Source: Nitrospinales bacterium (GTDB lineage Bacteria > Nitrospinota > Nitrospinia > Nitrospinales > JAJDAT01). From it: a DNA stretch of 28,667 bases. The stretch lies in NCBI GenBank assembly GCA_046757665.1, contig JBHHYO010000034.1, positions 1-28,667 of the forward strand, read 5' to 3'. Below are positions 19,999 to 28,406 of the stretch, piece by piece. Every line of letters begins with the position of its first letter. The stretch's first letter is position 1. The notes under the pieces are model-generated. The model saw nothing but the letters and a program-made list of their open reading frames with translations, did not search any database and was not told the origin of the DNA. The position numbers were made by a program, and so were the translations under genes.

Positions 19999-20026
19999 AC
20001 TCATTTTTTTAAGGACACAAGTTATC

Positions 20027-20278
20027 ATGCCAAATGTATTGAGACGTTGCAAACAGGTGCGTGTATGTTCCGGTGCTTCGTGTCGGGCATGGGACTCCGA
20101 GGAAATCGCCAGAGAGCTTTATGATGATAACAAGCTGTTTGGCCAAAGGCGGAAATTCCAGGTCTGCCGGGTGTCTTGTTTGCAACGGTGTGGAGGAGGG
20201 GTCTCCGTTCAAATCCCTTCTTCCGGAGCAGTAATAAAAATCAGGAAACCGGAAGAGGCCGTTAGAATCGTGGCCTGA
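20027..20278 (+). CDS. Small thioredoxin-like [2Fe-2S] ferredoxin
   Basis: VRVCSGASC...VSCLQRCGGG gives the C-x4-C...C-x3-C spacing. AAGGA lies upstream of ATG 20027; 83 aa. Confidence 0.7.
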   Translation: MPNVLRRCKQVRVCSGASCRAWDSEEIARELYDDNKLFGQRRKFQVCRVSCLQRCGGGVSVQIPSSGAVIKIRKPEEAVRIVA

Positions 20279-20431
20279 ACGTCCGTCTTTCCGGGGCGCG
20301 CGGATGCGGCCCGGCGGTGCGGTCGTAAATAAACGGTTTTCCCTATAAGGTTCCCGTTTGACTGGCGGATGGGGCCAAATATCCTGGCGTTGGAGAAACA
20401 TCCCCGTCAGGATAATTTTTTGAGGCAAGCA

Positions 20432-21136
20432 ATGAGCGAAATTCTGCAATCCTTTCAGTCTTCGATCGATTTGATCGGCAAGGGGGGCGTCATGATGGTC
20501 CCCATCGGCGCATGTTCCATAATCGTGCTGACCATTATCATCGAAAGACTCTACTATTTCCGCAAGTCGTACGAGAACCCCGTGAAGACCTTTGAGGCGC
20601 TCAAAAATTTTCTTCGGGACGAGAAGGATCCGGCGACCCTGGAGTTGTCGCGGAATCCGCACGGGCCGGTGGGCCGGTTGCTGGAGGGGGGACTGGATCA
20701 CAAGGATATTCCGAAATGGAAACTGGAAGAGAAGATGACGTTGATCGGCCGCGAGGAGTTGAACAAGCTCGAAAAAAATATCCGCGGACTGGAAGTGATC
20801 GCCACCATCGCGCCGCTGATGGGCCTGTTGGGAACGGTTATGGGCATGGTGAAGGCGTTCAGCAAGGTGGCCAATCTCAAGGGGCAGGTGGACCCCAGCG
20901 TGCTGGCGGGCGGTATCTGGGAGGCGCTGTTGACGACCGCCGCCGGGCTGGCCGTGGCGATTCCGGCGGTGGTGATGTTGCATTATTTCGACCGCCGGAT
21001 CGAGAGCGTCTCCTTCCTGCTGGAAAAATGCGGGCAGTTGCTGATTCACCATTTTGACGAAGAACACGCGGGAAAAAACAACGGAACTCACTTGAAGCAC
21101 GAAGAAACCCCTGTGCCGGCGGCGAAGGCTCAGTAA
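20432..21136 (+). CDS. exbB: MotA/TolQ/ExbB proton channel protein
   Basis: KGGVMMVPI, IATIAPLMGLLGTVMGM and LAGGIWEALLTTAAGLAVAIP; GAGG RBS before ATG 20432. Confidence 0.92.
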   Translation: MSEILQSFQSSIDLIGKGGVMMVPIGACSIIVLTIIIERLYYFRKSYENPVKTFEALKNFLRDEKDPATLELSRNPHGPVGRLLEGGLDHKDIPKWKLEEKMTLIGREELNKLEKNIRGLEVIATIAPLMGLLGTVMGMVKAFSKVANLKGQVDPSVLAGGIWEALLTTAAGLAVAIPAVVMLHYFDRRIESVSFLLEKCGQLLIHHFDEEHAGKNNGTHLKHEETPVPAAKAQ

Positions 21137-21163
21137 CAAGATGCAACAACGGAAAACAAAAGC

Positions 21164-21553
21164 ATGATCAGTTTGGCGTCCTCCAGGCGAACCCGGTTTA
21201 AACCCAATATGGCCTCCCTGATTGACGTCATTTTCCTTCTGCTGATATTCTTTATGTTGACCTTCAGCGTTCAGGGGCAGGGGATGGACTTGCGTCTTCC
21301 GGATGGCCAGCCTTCGGAAACCAGGGCGGAGCCGGATTTGGTCGTTCAGCTCAGCCGGAACAATATACTAAGGGTTAATCATCAAATCGTTGAAACGGAC
21401 GCCCTGTTGCAGGAACTGGAATCCCGTCTGAAAGATCGAAAACAAAAGGTTGTCGTGATTGAAGCGGACAAGAAAATCCGTTACGGATTCTTCGCCAGGG
21501 TACTGGATATTGCCCGGCAGGCGGGCGCGGAGGATTTTTCCATTATCCGGTAA
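21164..21553 (+). CDS. exbD: ExbD/TolR protein 1 (canonical Asp)
   Basis: NMASLIDVIFLLLIFFM transmembrane helix; IEADK...VLDIARQAG. Confidence 0.92.
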   Translation: MISLASSRRTRFKPNMASLIDVIFLLLIFFMLTFSVQGQGMDLRLPDGQPSETRAEPDLVVQLSRNNILRVNHQIVETDALLQELESRLKDRKQKVVVIEADKKIRYGFFARVLDIARQAGAEDFSIIR

Positions 21554-21616
21554 CACCGCGCCGGTCCCGGTTGGTCGGCGCAAGTCAACTCCGGGGAGCC
21601 GGCGGCAAGGACGAAT

Positions 21617-22042
21617 ATGCTGAGGTTCAAAAGCGAAAAGCGGGAACAGTTTCAACTGGACTTGATCCCCATGATCAATGTCATTTTCCTGTTGTTGATT
21701 TTTTTCATGCTGACCGCTCATGCCCTGAACCAGGATGTGGAAGTTACCCTGCCCGAGGCAAAATCCTCCGAGAAAAATATCGGACGAAACGTTACCGTCA
21801 GCGTTACGCCCCAGGGCGATGTTGAAATCGATGGGCGGGCCGTGAACATCGATTCCCTGTTGCCGCTTCTGGAAGAGAAGCTGAAGAAAACGGATAAAAA
21901 AATCGTGGTCATACGCGCGGATGAAAACGCCGAGTTCGACCTGTTTGGAAAAATTATTGATATCGCCACCCAGGCGGGCGCGGAAGATTTTATGCTGGCT
22001 ACGGAACTTCCGGAAGAGGTGGGTTCGGGTCAGCCAGGGTAA
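21617..22042 (+). CDS. exbD: ExbD/TolR protein 2 (Asn at the conserved TM Asp)
   Basis: LIPMINVIFLLLIFFM, VTLPEA and IRADE...IIDIATQAG. Confidence 0.9.
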   Translation: MLRFKSEKREQFQLDLIPMINVIFLLLIFFMLTAHALNQDVEVTLPEAKSSEKNIGRNVTVSVTPQGDVEIDGRAVNIDSLLPLLEEKLKKTDKKIVVIRADENAEFDLFGKIIDIATQAGAEDFMLATELPEEVGSGQPG

Positions 22043-22047
22043 TTCTT

Positions 22048-23334
22048 ATGGTTCTTGAAAAACCGACTTGTTATTCGGCGATTGGTTCGTTGGGGTTTCA
22101 CCTCGTATTTGTGCTCATGGCGGGGAGTTCCTTGTTGTCCCAAATCAAGGAGCCTGTTCCGGAAAAACCGTTTCGCTTGAAAATGGTCACCAAAGTTCCT
22201 CCGCCACCGCCGGTCAAAAGGAAAAAGTTGGTCCGGCCGATTGAAAAGCAGGTGGTTCCGGTGAAACCCGTGGTGATGCCGGAACCGAAGTTGAATCCGG
22301 AAATAATCAAGACGGCCCGGGTGGAGATGGCGGTTGAGCCGACGGTTTCCCGTTCGGCGCCGCGGGCGCTTGAACCTGTGGCTCAGTTGGAATCCGGACC
22401 GGTAAGGGCGGAAAAAGTCGCCTTGGCGGCTCCCGGAGTTGCGAACGCCGGCGTTGTGTCCTCTGCCGCTCCCCGTGCCTTGCGGTTGTCCGACTCCGCG
22501 GCATCCGGTTCGGGCCGGGCAGTGAGAGTTGCGCGGGTTCAGGGAAGTGGAGCCCCGGCAGGTAGCGGTTTGGGGCGGTCGGCGCGAGCCTTGAAGTCAG
22601 TCGGCCCCGTCGGCAACGGTTCGGGACGGGCAGTGAGAGTTGCGCGGTTTCAAGGAAGTGGAGCCCCGGTGGGCGGCGGGTCGTCCGCGCCACGGGCGTT
22701 GAAATCGGTCGGCCCGGCAGGTAACGGTTCGGGTCGGGCAGTGAGAGTTGCGCGGTTTCAAGGAAGTGGAGCCCCGGTGGGCAGTGGATCATCCGCGCCA
22801 CGGGCTTTGAAGTCGGTTGGTCCGGCGGGTAGCGGTTCGGGACGGGCGGTGCGGGTGGCGCGGTTTCAGGAAAGAGAAGCCCCGGGCGCCGGGTCTGCCC
22901 CTCGCGCACAGGTTTCATTCGGCGATTCCGGAATCGGACAAAGAGTCGCGCAACGTTTTCTCCAACACGCCGTTCGCGTAAATACGATCGCCGCCGTTCC
23001 GCGAGCCATCCCGAATATAGCCCATGACAAGGGAGCCGCGCGCGGCTATCTGGCGAGAATCAGAAGAAAAATCGACTCCACCAAACAATATCCCCCGATG
23101 GCCAAAAATTCCGGACAGCAGGGCAAAGTGCGCGTACGTTTTACCATATTGCAAAACGGCCGGATCGTGGGTTTGAAACTTTTGTCACAGACGCCCTATC
23201 CGGCCTTGAACAAGGAAGCCCTGGAAATGATCAAACGGGCGGCGCCTTTTTCCCGTTTGCCGGACACCATCGGCATGTCCGCACTGGAAGTGGTTCTGCC
23301 GTTTACCTTTCAACTGAAATCTCAATTTAACTGA
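22048..23334 (+). CDS. tonB: Energy transducer TonB with a long tandem-repeat linker
   Basis: N-terminal TM with SxxxH (SLGFH), Pro-rich PPPPP segment and C-terminal YPPMAK...QGKVRVRFTI...LNKEALEMIKRAAPF domain. Confidence 0.88.
   Translation: MVLEKPTCYSAIGSLGFHLVFVLMAGSSLLSQIKEPVPEKPFRLKMVTKVPPPPPVKRKKLVRPIEKQVVPVKPVVMPEPKLNPEIIKTARVEMAVEPTVSRSAPRALEPVAQLESGPVRAEKVALAAPGVANAGVVSSAAPRALRLSDSAASGSGRAVRVARVQGSGAPAGSGLGRSARALKSVGPVGNGSGRAVRVARFQGSGAPVGGGSSAPRALKSVGPAGNGSGRAVRVARFQGSGAPVGSGSSAPRALKSVGPAGSGSGRAVRVARFQEREAPGAGSAPRAQVSFGDSGIGQRVAQRFLQHAVRVNTIAAVPRAIPNIAHDKGAARGYLARIRRKIDSTKQYPPMAKNSGQQGKVRVRFTILQNGRIVGLKLLSQTPYPALNKEALEMIKRAAPFSRLPDTIGMSALEVVLPFTFQLKSQFN
22465..22908 (+). repeat. 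~4 tandem 108-111-bp coding repeats inside tonB
   Basis: ggttcggg(c/a/t)cgggc starts at 22507, 22618, 22726 and 22834; unit GSGRAVRVARFQGSGAPVGGGSSAPRALKSVGPAGN. Confidence 0.92.
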
Positions 23335-23400
23335 AACCGTATGAAAACTTTTTCTCGGAGCGTTGCTGAAATGGGTCGATTCCTGGTTCCTGAACTCAAC

Positions 23401-24126
23401 ATGAAAAACCGCAAAGTAATGGCCATCGTTCTCGGCCTCTGTCTCTGGGCGTCCCCGTGCCTGGCAATAGTCAATGAAATCGATTCCAACTTCGACGGGA
23501 AAATCGACAAATGGGAACATTTGTCCGCGCAGGGCAAACTTGTCAAAATCGAGTACGACGACGACCATGACGGCAAAATCGACCAGGTGGAGTTTTACGA
23601 CAAAAACAAAAAATTGAGCCGGGTGGAGTTTGACGATAACCATGACGGCAGAATGGATGTTTTCCAGTTTTACTCCGCCGACGGCAAATTGGAGCGGGTG
23701 GAAAAGTCCAGCAAGTCCGACGGACGAATCGACCGGAAACAGTTTTTCGGGCCGAATGGAAAACTGGTCAAAATCGAATTCGACGACGACCACGACGGCA
23801 AGACGGAGACCTGGCAGTTTTACGACCGACATGAAAAAATGATTCGACAGGAAGCCGACTCGGATAAAAACGGCAAGGTGGACCGCTGGAGTTATTTTGA
23901 GCCCGACGCCTCGCTGAAGCGAATGGCTTTTGACACCGACGGAAATGGAAAGCCGGATCAGTGGCAGTATTTCTATGCTTCGGGCAAATTGAAAAGGGTC
24001 GAATACGATTCCAACAAGGATGGCAAGGCCGACCGTTGGGAGCATTTCGACAAGTCGGAAAAACTCTTCCTGATTGAATTCGACAGGAACTTCGATGGGA
24101 AAGTGGATATGACGCAGAAAAAGTAG
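23401..24126 (+). CDS. Secreted/periplasmic 25-aa repeat protein with Dx[DN]xDG Ca-binding-like motifs
   Basis: Signal-peptide-like MKNRKVMAIVLGLCLWASPCLA, then nine 25-aa units such as VKIEYDDDHDGKIDQVEFYDKNKKL. Start may be 23341. Confidence 0.8.
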   Translation: MKNRKVMAIVLGLCLWASPCLAIVNEIDSNFDGKIDKWEHLSAQGKLVKIEYDDDHDGKIDQVEFYDKNKKLSRVEFDDNHDGRMDVFQFYSADGKLERVEKSSKSDGRIDRKQFFGPNGKLVKIEFDDDHDGKTETWQFYDRHEKMIRQEADSDKNGKVDRWSYFEPDASLKRMAFDTDGNGKPDQWQYFYASGKLKRVEYDSNKDGKADRWEHFDKSEKLFLIEFDRNFDGKVDMTQKK

Positions 24127-24167
24127 GAGGGTAGATTGCAAGCTCAATAGCTTGTATTTTTTTTTGC

Positions 24168-24195
24168 TTGACTATTGATAATGGGAATCATTTTT
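24168..24195 (+). promoter_or_regulatory. Fur box at the receptor promoter
   Basis: TTGACT (24168-24173) followed by GATAATGGGAATCATTTTT (24177-24195), 15/19 match to the Fur consensus. Confidence 0.7.
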
Positions 24196-24248
24196 AAATA
24201 TTAGTTTGCGTCGGGAAGTTAACCTTTAAAACAAAGAGGGGACTTGGA

Positions 24249-26531
24249 ATGGATACTGCTTTGAAAAACGCTCGACCTGGAATTAACAAGCTCGGCTTGC
24301 TTGCTCTTTCGATTTTGTGGGTTTTTGCGGGAAATACCTTGGCCCTGGCGGATACCCCTTTTATTGTCGAGGAAATCAAGGTCGTCGGGTCAAAGGCAAA
24401 CGTCAAGAATATTGCCGCGTCCGCGGCTTACATCGATACCTCGGATATCCGCGCCCAGAGTTACGACAACCCCGACCGGGTCCTGCGGAAAGTTCCCGGC
24501 GTCTATACCCGCGAGGAAGGCGGCGGGTTCGGATTGTTTCCCAATATCAGCCTGCGCGGCGTGGACCCCGGGCGCAGTGGGAAGGTGACGATCATGGAAG
24601 ACGGCATCCTGGCCGCTCCGGCGACGTATTCGGCGCCGCAGGCCTATTATTCTCCGACCACGGGCCGTATGCACGCCATCGAGGTTCTCAAGGGATCCAG
24701 CCAGATCAAATACGGCCCCCACACCACCGGCGGCGTCATCAACTACCTCTCCACGCCCATTCCGGACGCCGAGCAATATTACCTGAAGGCGATCGCCGGC
24801 ACCTTCGGCGAGATTCGCAACCATCTTTACTTCGGCAACACCATTCAGACGAAAAAAGGCAGGTTTGGTTTCCTGATCGAGAATTTCCTGCGGCAAAACG
24901 ACGGCTTCCGAAAAATCGACGTCACCACCGATTTCCGGGACGGAACCCGGCGAACCGGCCTCAAGAAGACCGAACCGATGGTCAAATTTTCCTGGGAGCC
25001 CAACACCCGGTTGTATCAGCGGTTCGAGGCCAAGTTCGGCTACACCAAACTGCGGGCGGACCAAGGCTACCTGGGCCAGCCGGAGAATATCTTTCGAAAA
25101 ACACCGTTTGCCCGCCTGCCGGCCTCGCGTTTCGACCGCATCGATACGCAGAATTTCCGGGCCAGCATCCGCCATTTTCTGGAGTTCAACGAGGACACCA
25201 GCTTGGTAACAACAGCCTATGGCCACAGTTTTCACCGGAACTGGCAGAAGGCAAACAGTTGCACCACGTCTGCGCGGAAGTTCGGCCTAGGCCAATGCCT
25301 GAAAGACCCCGCGGGCCTGAAACTTCTGCAAGGCCAGGGGCCGGGAACGTTCACGCTTCGCAACAACAATCGCAATTACTATCTGTTTGGTGTCGAATCC
25401 AATCTGCGCCACAAAGCCCGTTTTGCGGGTGCCGACCACAAATTCGAGCTGGGCCTGCGGTTGCATTCCGACCAGGTGCGCCGCCTGCAAAATGAGGAAA
25501 ACTTTCTCCAGGACGCCAACGGCGCCATCGTTTCGCGCACGGATACCGAACCGGGGGCCGCCGGCAACCGGCGACAGAAAACGTATTCCCTGGCCCTGCA
25601 CGCCGATGACCGAATCGAAATCGGACGTTTCACCATCACCCCCGGTATTCGCTTCGAGCAACTCTGGCAAGAGTTCGAGCAATTCGCGCCGAAAACGATC
25701 AAGGACCTGTCGGGCAGTTTTAACGTCCTGGTCGGCGGCGGAACCGTGAATTACCGGCTGGCCGAGACGACGAATGTTTTCTTCGGCGCGCACCGCGGGT
25801 TCTCGCCGCCGAGTCCCAAGGGGCATCTCAAAAACGGCCTCAGCGAGGAATCCAGCACCGGTTACGAAACCGGCGTGCGCTACAACAGGCCCGAACTGGG
25901 TTTTTCCACCGAGCTGATCGGTTTCTGGACCGATTTCAGCAATTTGATTATCGCCGAGTCCATCGGCGGGAGCGGCAATCTGGGGAAGGATATCAATGCC
26001 GGCGCGGTGCGCTCCCGCGGTGTTGAGTTTAAATTGAACTATGACCCCGCCGTCGTCCGCAACTGGAGTTTCCGCAACCCCTGGTACACCACGGCCACCT
26101 TTACCGACGCAAAAATTCTCAGCGACGTCGCTTCCGGCGAGCTGGAGGAGGAAGCCTCCATTTTCAGCGGCGCCAAAAAAGGCAACGCCGTCCCCAACAT
26201 CCCGCGAATCCAGTTTGCCTTCGGCACGGGGCTTCAGTTTGAAAGGTTTTCCGTGAATCTGGACGGTCAGCTTGTCGGCCAGGTGTTCAGCACGGGCAGT
26301 AACGCTATTAATGAGATCGATCCCTTCGGCAACCCGGACGCCCGATTTGGCACGCTGGACCGCGTTTTTCTTCTGGACCTCAGCATGGCGTACCAGGTCA
26401 GAAAAAATGTCCGAATATTCACCAACTTTCGCAACATAACCGACCAGAAATACCTTGCCGCGAGACTGCCGGAGGGGCCGAGGTCGGGCGCGCCTTTCCA
26501 GGCCTTCGGTGGACTGGAAATGAATTTCTAG
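24249..26531 (+). CDS. TonB-dependent outer-membrane receptor, FecA-like
   Basis: Signal peptide, TonB box EEIKVVG, plug LRKVPGV...ISLRG...IEVLKGSSQIKYGPHTTGGVINY and C-terminal Phe (LEMNF). Confidence 0.93.
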   Translation: MDTALKNARPGINKLGLLALSILWVFAGNTLALADTPFIVEEIKVVGSKANVKNIAASAAYIDTSDIRAQSYDNPDRVLRKVPGVYTREEGGGFGLFPNISLRGVDPGRSGKVTIMEDGILAAPATYSAPQAYYSPTTGRMHAIEVLKGSSQIKYGPHTTGGVINYLSTPIPDAEQYYLKAIAGTFGEIRNHLYFGNTIQTKKGRFGFLIENFLRQNDGFRKIDVTTDFRDGTRRTGLKKTEPMVKFSWEPNTRLYQRFEAKFGYTKLRADQGYLGQPENIFRKTPFARLPASRFDRIDTQNFRASIRHFLEFNEDTSLVTTAYGHSFHRNWQKANSCTTSARKFGLGQCLKDPAGLKLLQGQGPGTFTLRNNNRNYYLFGVESNLRHKARFAGADHKFELGLRLHSDQVRRLQNEENFLQDANGAIVSRTDTEPGAAGNRRQKTYSLALHADDRIEIGRFTITPGIRFEQLWQEFEQFAPKTIKDLSGSFNVLVGGGTVNYRLAETTNVFFGAHRGFSPPSPKGHLKNGLSEESSTGYETGVRYNRPELGFSTELIGFWTDFSNLIIAESIGGSGNLGKDINAGAVRSRGVEFKLNYDPAVVRNWSFRNPWYTTATFTDAKILSDVASGELEEEASIFSGAKKGNAVPNIPRIQFAFGTGLQFERFSVNLDGQLVGQVFSTGSNAINEIDPFGNPDARFGTLDRVFLLDLSMAYQVRKNVRIFTNFRNITDQKYLAARLPEGPRSGAPFQAFGGLEMNF

Positions 26532-26545
26532 CTGGGGTTGCCGCC

Positions 26546-27343
26546 TCAGTGCAACGAAGCTTGGGCGGCCATCAACGCGGCAATGCCGACCAGAAACCAG
26601 CCGAAAGTTTTTTTCATTTTCTCCTTGTTGAGGGTCACGGACTTGCGGGCTCCGATCCGCCCGCCGAGGAAAACCGCTACCGCCAGAATGACTGAGGTTT
26701 TCCAGTCCCAGTGCCCGGAAACCAGGTGCCCGGAAAATCCGGCGAGGGCCGTCAAACCGATCATGAAAGCGCTGGACCCCACGGCGATGTCCATGGGAAC
26801 GCCCAGCGCCAGAACCATCAGGGGGATTTGCAAAACGCCCCCTCCCACCCCGACCAGGCCGCTGACGGCGCCGGCGACGAACGATACCGGCAGGGCCGAC
26901 GCCATGTTTACGCGGTAATCCCGTCCGCCGAACCGGCGGCGCCAGTAGAACCAGCCGGTTTTTTCCGGCAGGCCGGCAGGCTCCCGTTTGAATTCGCGGA
27001 TCATGAACACCGCCGCGAGCCCCACCACGGCCGCGAATACATAGGAAAGAAAGGCGCCGGAAAACATCCTCGAATATAAACCGCCGGCCAGTCCGCCCAG
27101 CGCGGTTATGCTCTCCAGCGCCCAGGCCAGGGGCCAGTCTATCCTGTCGGCCTTGCGAAAAACCAGCGTGGCGGACAACGAGACCGTCATGATCAGGAAT
27201 AAACTGTTTGCCGCCGCGACGTGGAAATCAATTCCGAACAACAGTTGAATGGGGGTGTAGAGAACTCCTCCGCCAAGCCCCAGCATGGAAAATACCGCCG
27301 CCGCGGCAAACATCAACCCGCATAGTATCGCCGTTATCTCCAA
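26546..27343 (-). CDS. Sulfite exporter TauE/SafE (TSUP) family membrane protein
   Basis: Two repeats of the GxGGG motif (GLGGGVLYTP, GVGGGVLQIP), multiple TMs; TTG start with AAGGAG RBS. Confidence 0.88.
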   Translation of the reverse strand: MEITAILCGLMFAAAAVFSMLGLGGGVLYTPIQLLFGIDFHVAAANSLFLIMTVSLSATLVFRKADRIDWPLAWALESITALGGLAGGLYSRMFSGAFLSYVFAAVVGLAAVFMIREFKREPAGLPEKTGWFYWRRRFGGRDYRVNMASALPVSFVAGAVSGLVGVGGGVLQIPLMVLALGVPMDIAVGSSAFMIGLTALAGFSGHLVSGHWDWKTSVILAVAVFLGGRIGARKSVTLNKEKMKKTFGWFLVGIAALMAAQASLH

Positions 27344-27491
27344 GAGGCGGCTCCTTGTCTTTACCGAGCTTGTTCAAAACGGAAAGGGGTGCCAGTATAC
27401 CGGACTTTCTGGCGTTGAGGAAGTGTGCATGGTATCTGTCAGGCGTCTTCGGCCTTCGATAAGGGTGGCCCAAGTAGTTCCGGATGCGGAT

Positions 27492-27546
27492 GTCGTGCTG
27501 AGCTTGTCGAAGCATCTCCGTTGCCTTGTTGGTGGAGATTCTTCGC
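27492..27546. repeat. Degenerate REP-like palindrome
   Basis: gtcgtgctgagcttgtcgaagcatctcc...ggagattcttcgc; inverted repeat cgaagcatctcc (27508-27519) / ggagattcttcg (27534-27545) with 1 mismatch. Confidence 0.6.
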
Positions 27547-27634
27547 TAAGGGTGGGGACGGATCAGGGACGATACCATGGCTTGAGAAGCTTTTTCAGAA
27601 GCCTGTTGGTCTTTTCGGGGATTTGCGAGTCGCT

Positions 27635-28384
27635 TCAGATATGCCTGCCGAACCACACGACACGGCCGACGATGTCAAGCCTCCCGGCTTGCTCATTGTC
27701 GATATTCTGATCCGGCGAAACCAGTTTGTTGTCCGACCGGAGAACCACGCCCCCGGCGACAAGCCTTTCGATGCGTTTTACCAGGAGAGTTCCATCAACA
27801 TTGAGGACGTAAATCGCATTATCCATTAGATAACCCAGGTTGAGATTAACCAGGATGACATCGCCGTTTTTGAGGGTCGGTTCCATGGAATCCCCGGAAA
27901 CCGTAACCGCGACCAGTTTTTGGGGAACGACGCCGAGCTTGTTTTGAATCCATTCCCGGTGGATGACAAGGTGTTTTTCCGTGTCCAGGGAACCGCTACC
28001 GGGATTCTGCCAGGCATTATATATGGGGATATCGGCCGACCCGCGGCAACGTTCGTGCGCCTCAATCAGTTTAAGAAAGGTCTCGTCAGTTCCCCCCGCC
28101 AGGGCGCGGCCGATAGGTATGAAGTCCATTTCCAGTTCCCCAGAGCCATCCATCAACCAGGAACGATCTACATTAAAAAGGTATTTTAAAATTTTTAATA
28201 TCGATTCGGCCGGTTTTTGCTGTCCGCTTTCGATGCGGGAAATGGTTTGCTGTGGAAAGCCTATTTTTTCAGATAGTTGTTGCTGAGAAAGGCACAGGGA
28301 TTCGCGCATGAACTTGAACCTGCTACCGATATCTCTCAAGCGTTCCGTGTCCATTCCACATTTATAGTGTTTTTTTGTTGACAA
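27635..28384 (-). CDS. XRE-family HTH + S24 peptidase (CI/LexA-like) repressor
   Basis: LSQQQLSEKIGFPQQTISRIESG HTH; catalytic VSGDSMEP and LLVKR. True start may be ATG 28354. Confidence 0.9.
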   Translation of the reverse strand: MSTKKHYKCGMDTERLRDIGSRFKFMRESLCLSQQQLSEKIGFPQQTISRIESGQQKPAESILKILKYLFNVDRSWLMDGSGELEMDFIPIGRALAGGTDETFLKLIEAHERCRGSADIPIYNAWQNPGSGSLDTEKHLVIHREWIQNKLGVVPQKLVAVTVSGDSMEPTLKNGDVILVNLNLGYLMDNAIYVLNVDGTLLVKRIERLVAGGVVLRSDNKLVSPDQNIDNEQAGRLDIVGRVVWFGRHI

Positions 28385-28406
28385 AGTTTTCCTTTTAGTG
28401 TAATCT
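28378..28406 (+). promoter_or_regulatory. Candidate sigma70 promoter divergent from the repressor
   Basis: TTGACA (28378-28383)-N17-TAATCT (28401-28406). Confidence 0.45.

Noticed and set aside
20279-20431. Cobalamin riboswitch before exbB
   Set aside because: No B12-box consensus; the Fur boxes point to iron instead.
22465-24126. CRISPR array suggested by periodic repeats
   Set aside because: The repeats are in-frame coding units with synonymous variation, no unique spacers and no cas genes.
27228-27515. ORF beginning MLRQAQHD
   Set aside because: It is a translation of the REP-like repeat and overlaps the TSUP gene out of frame.
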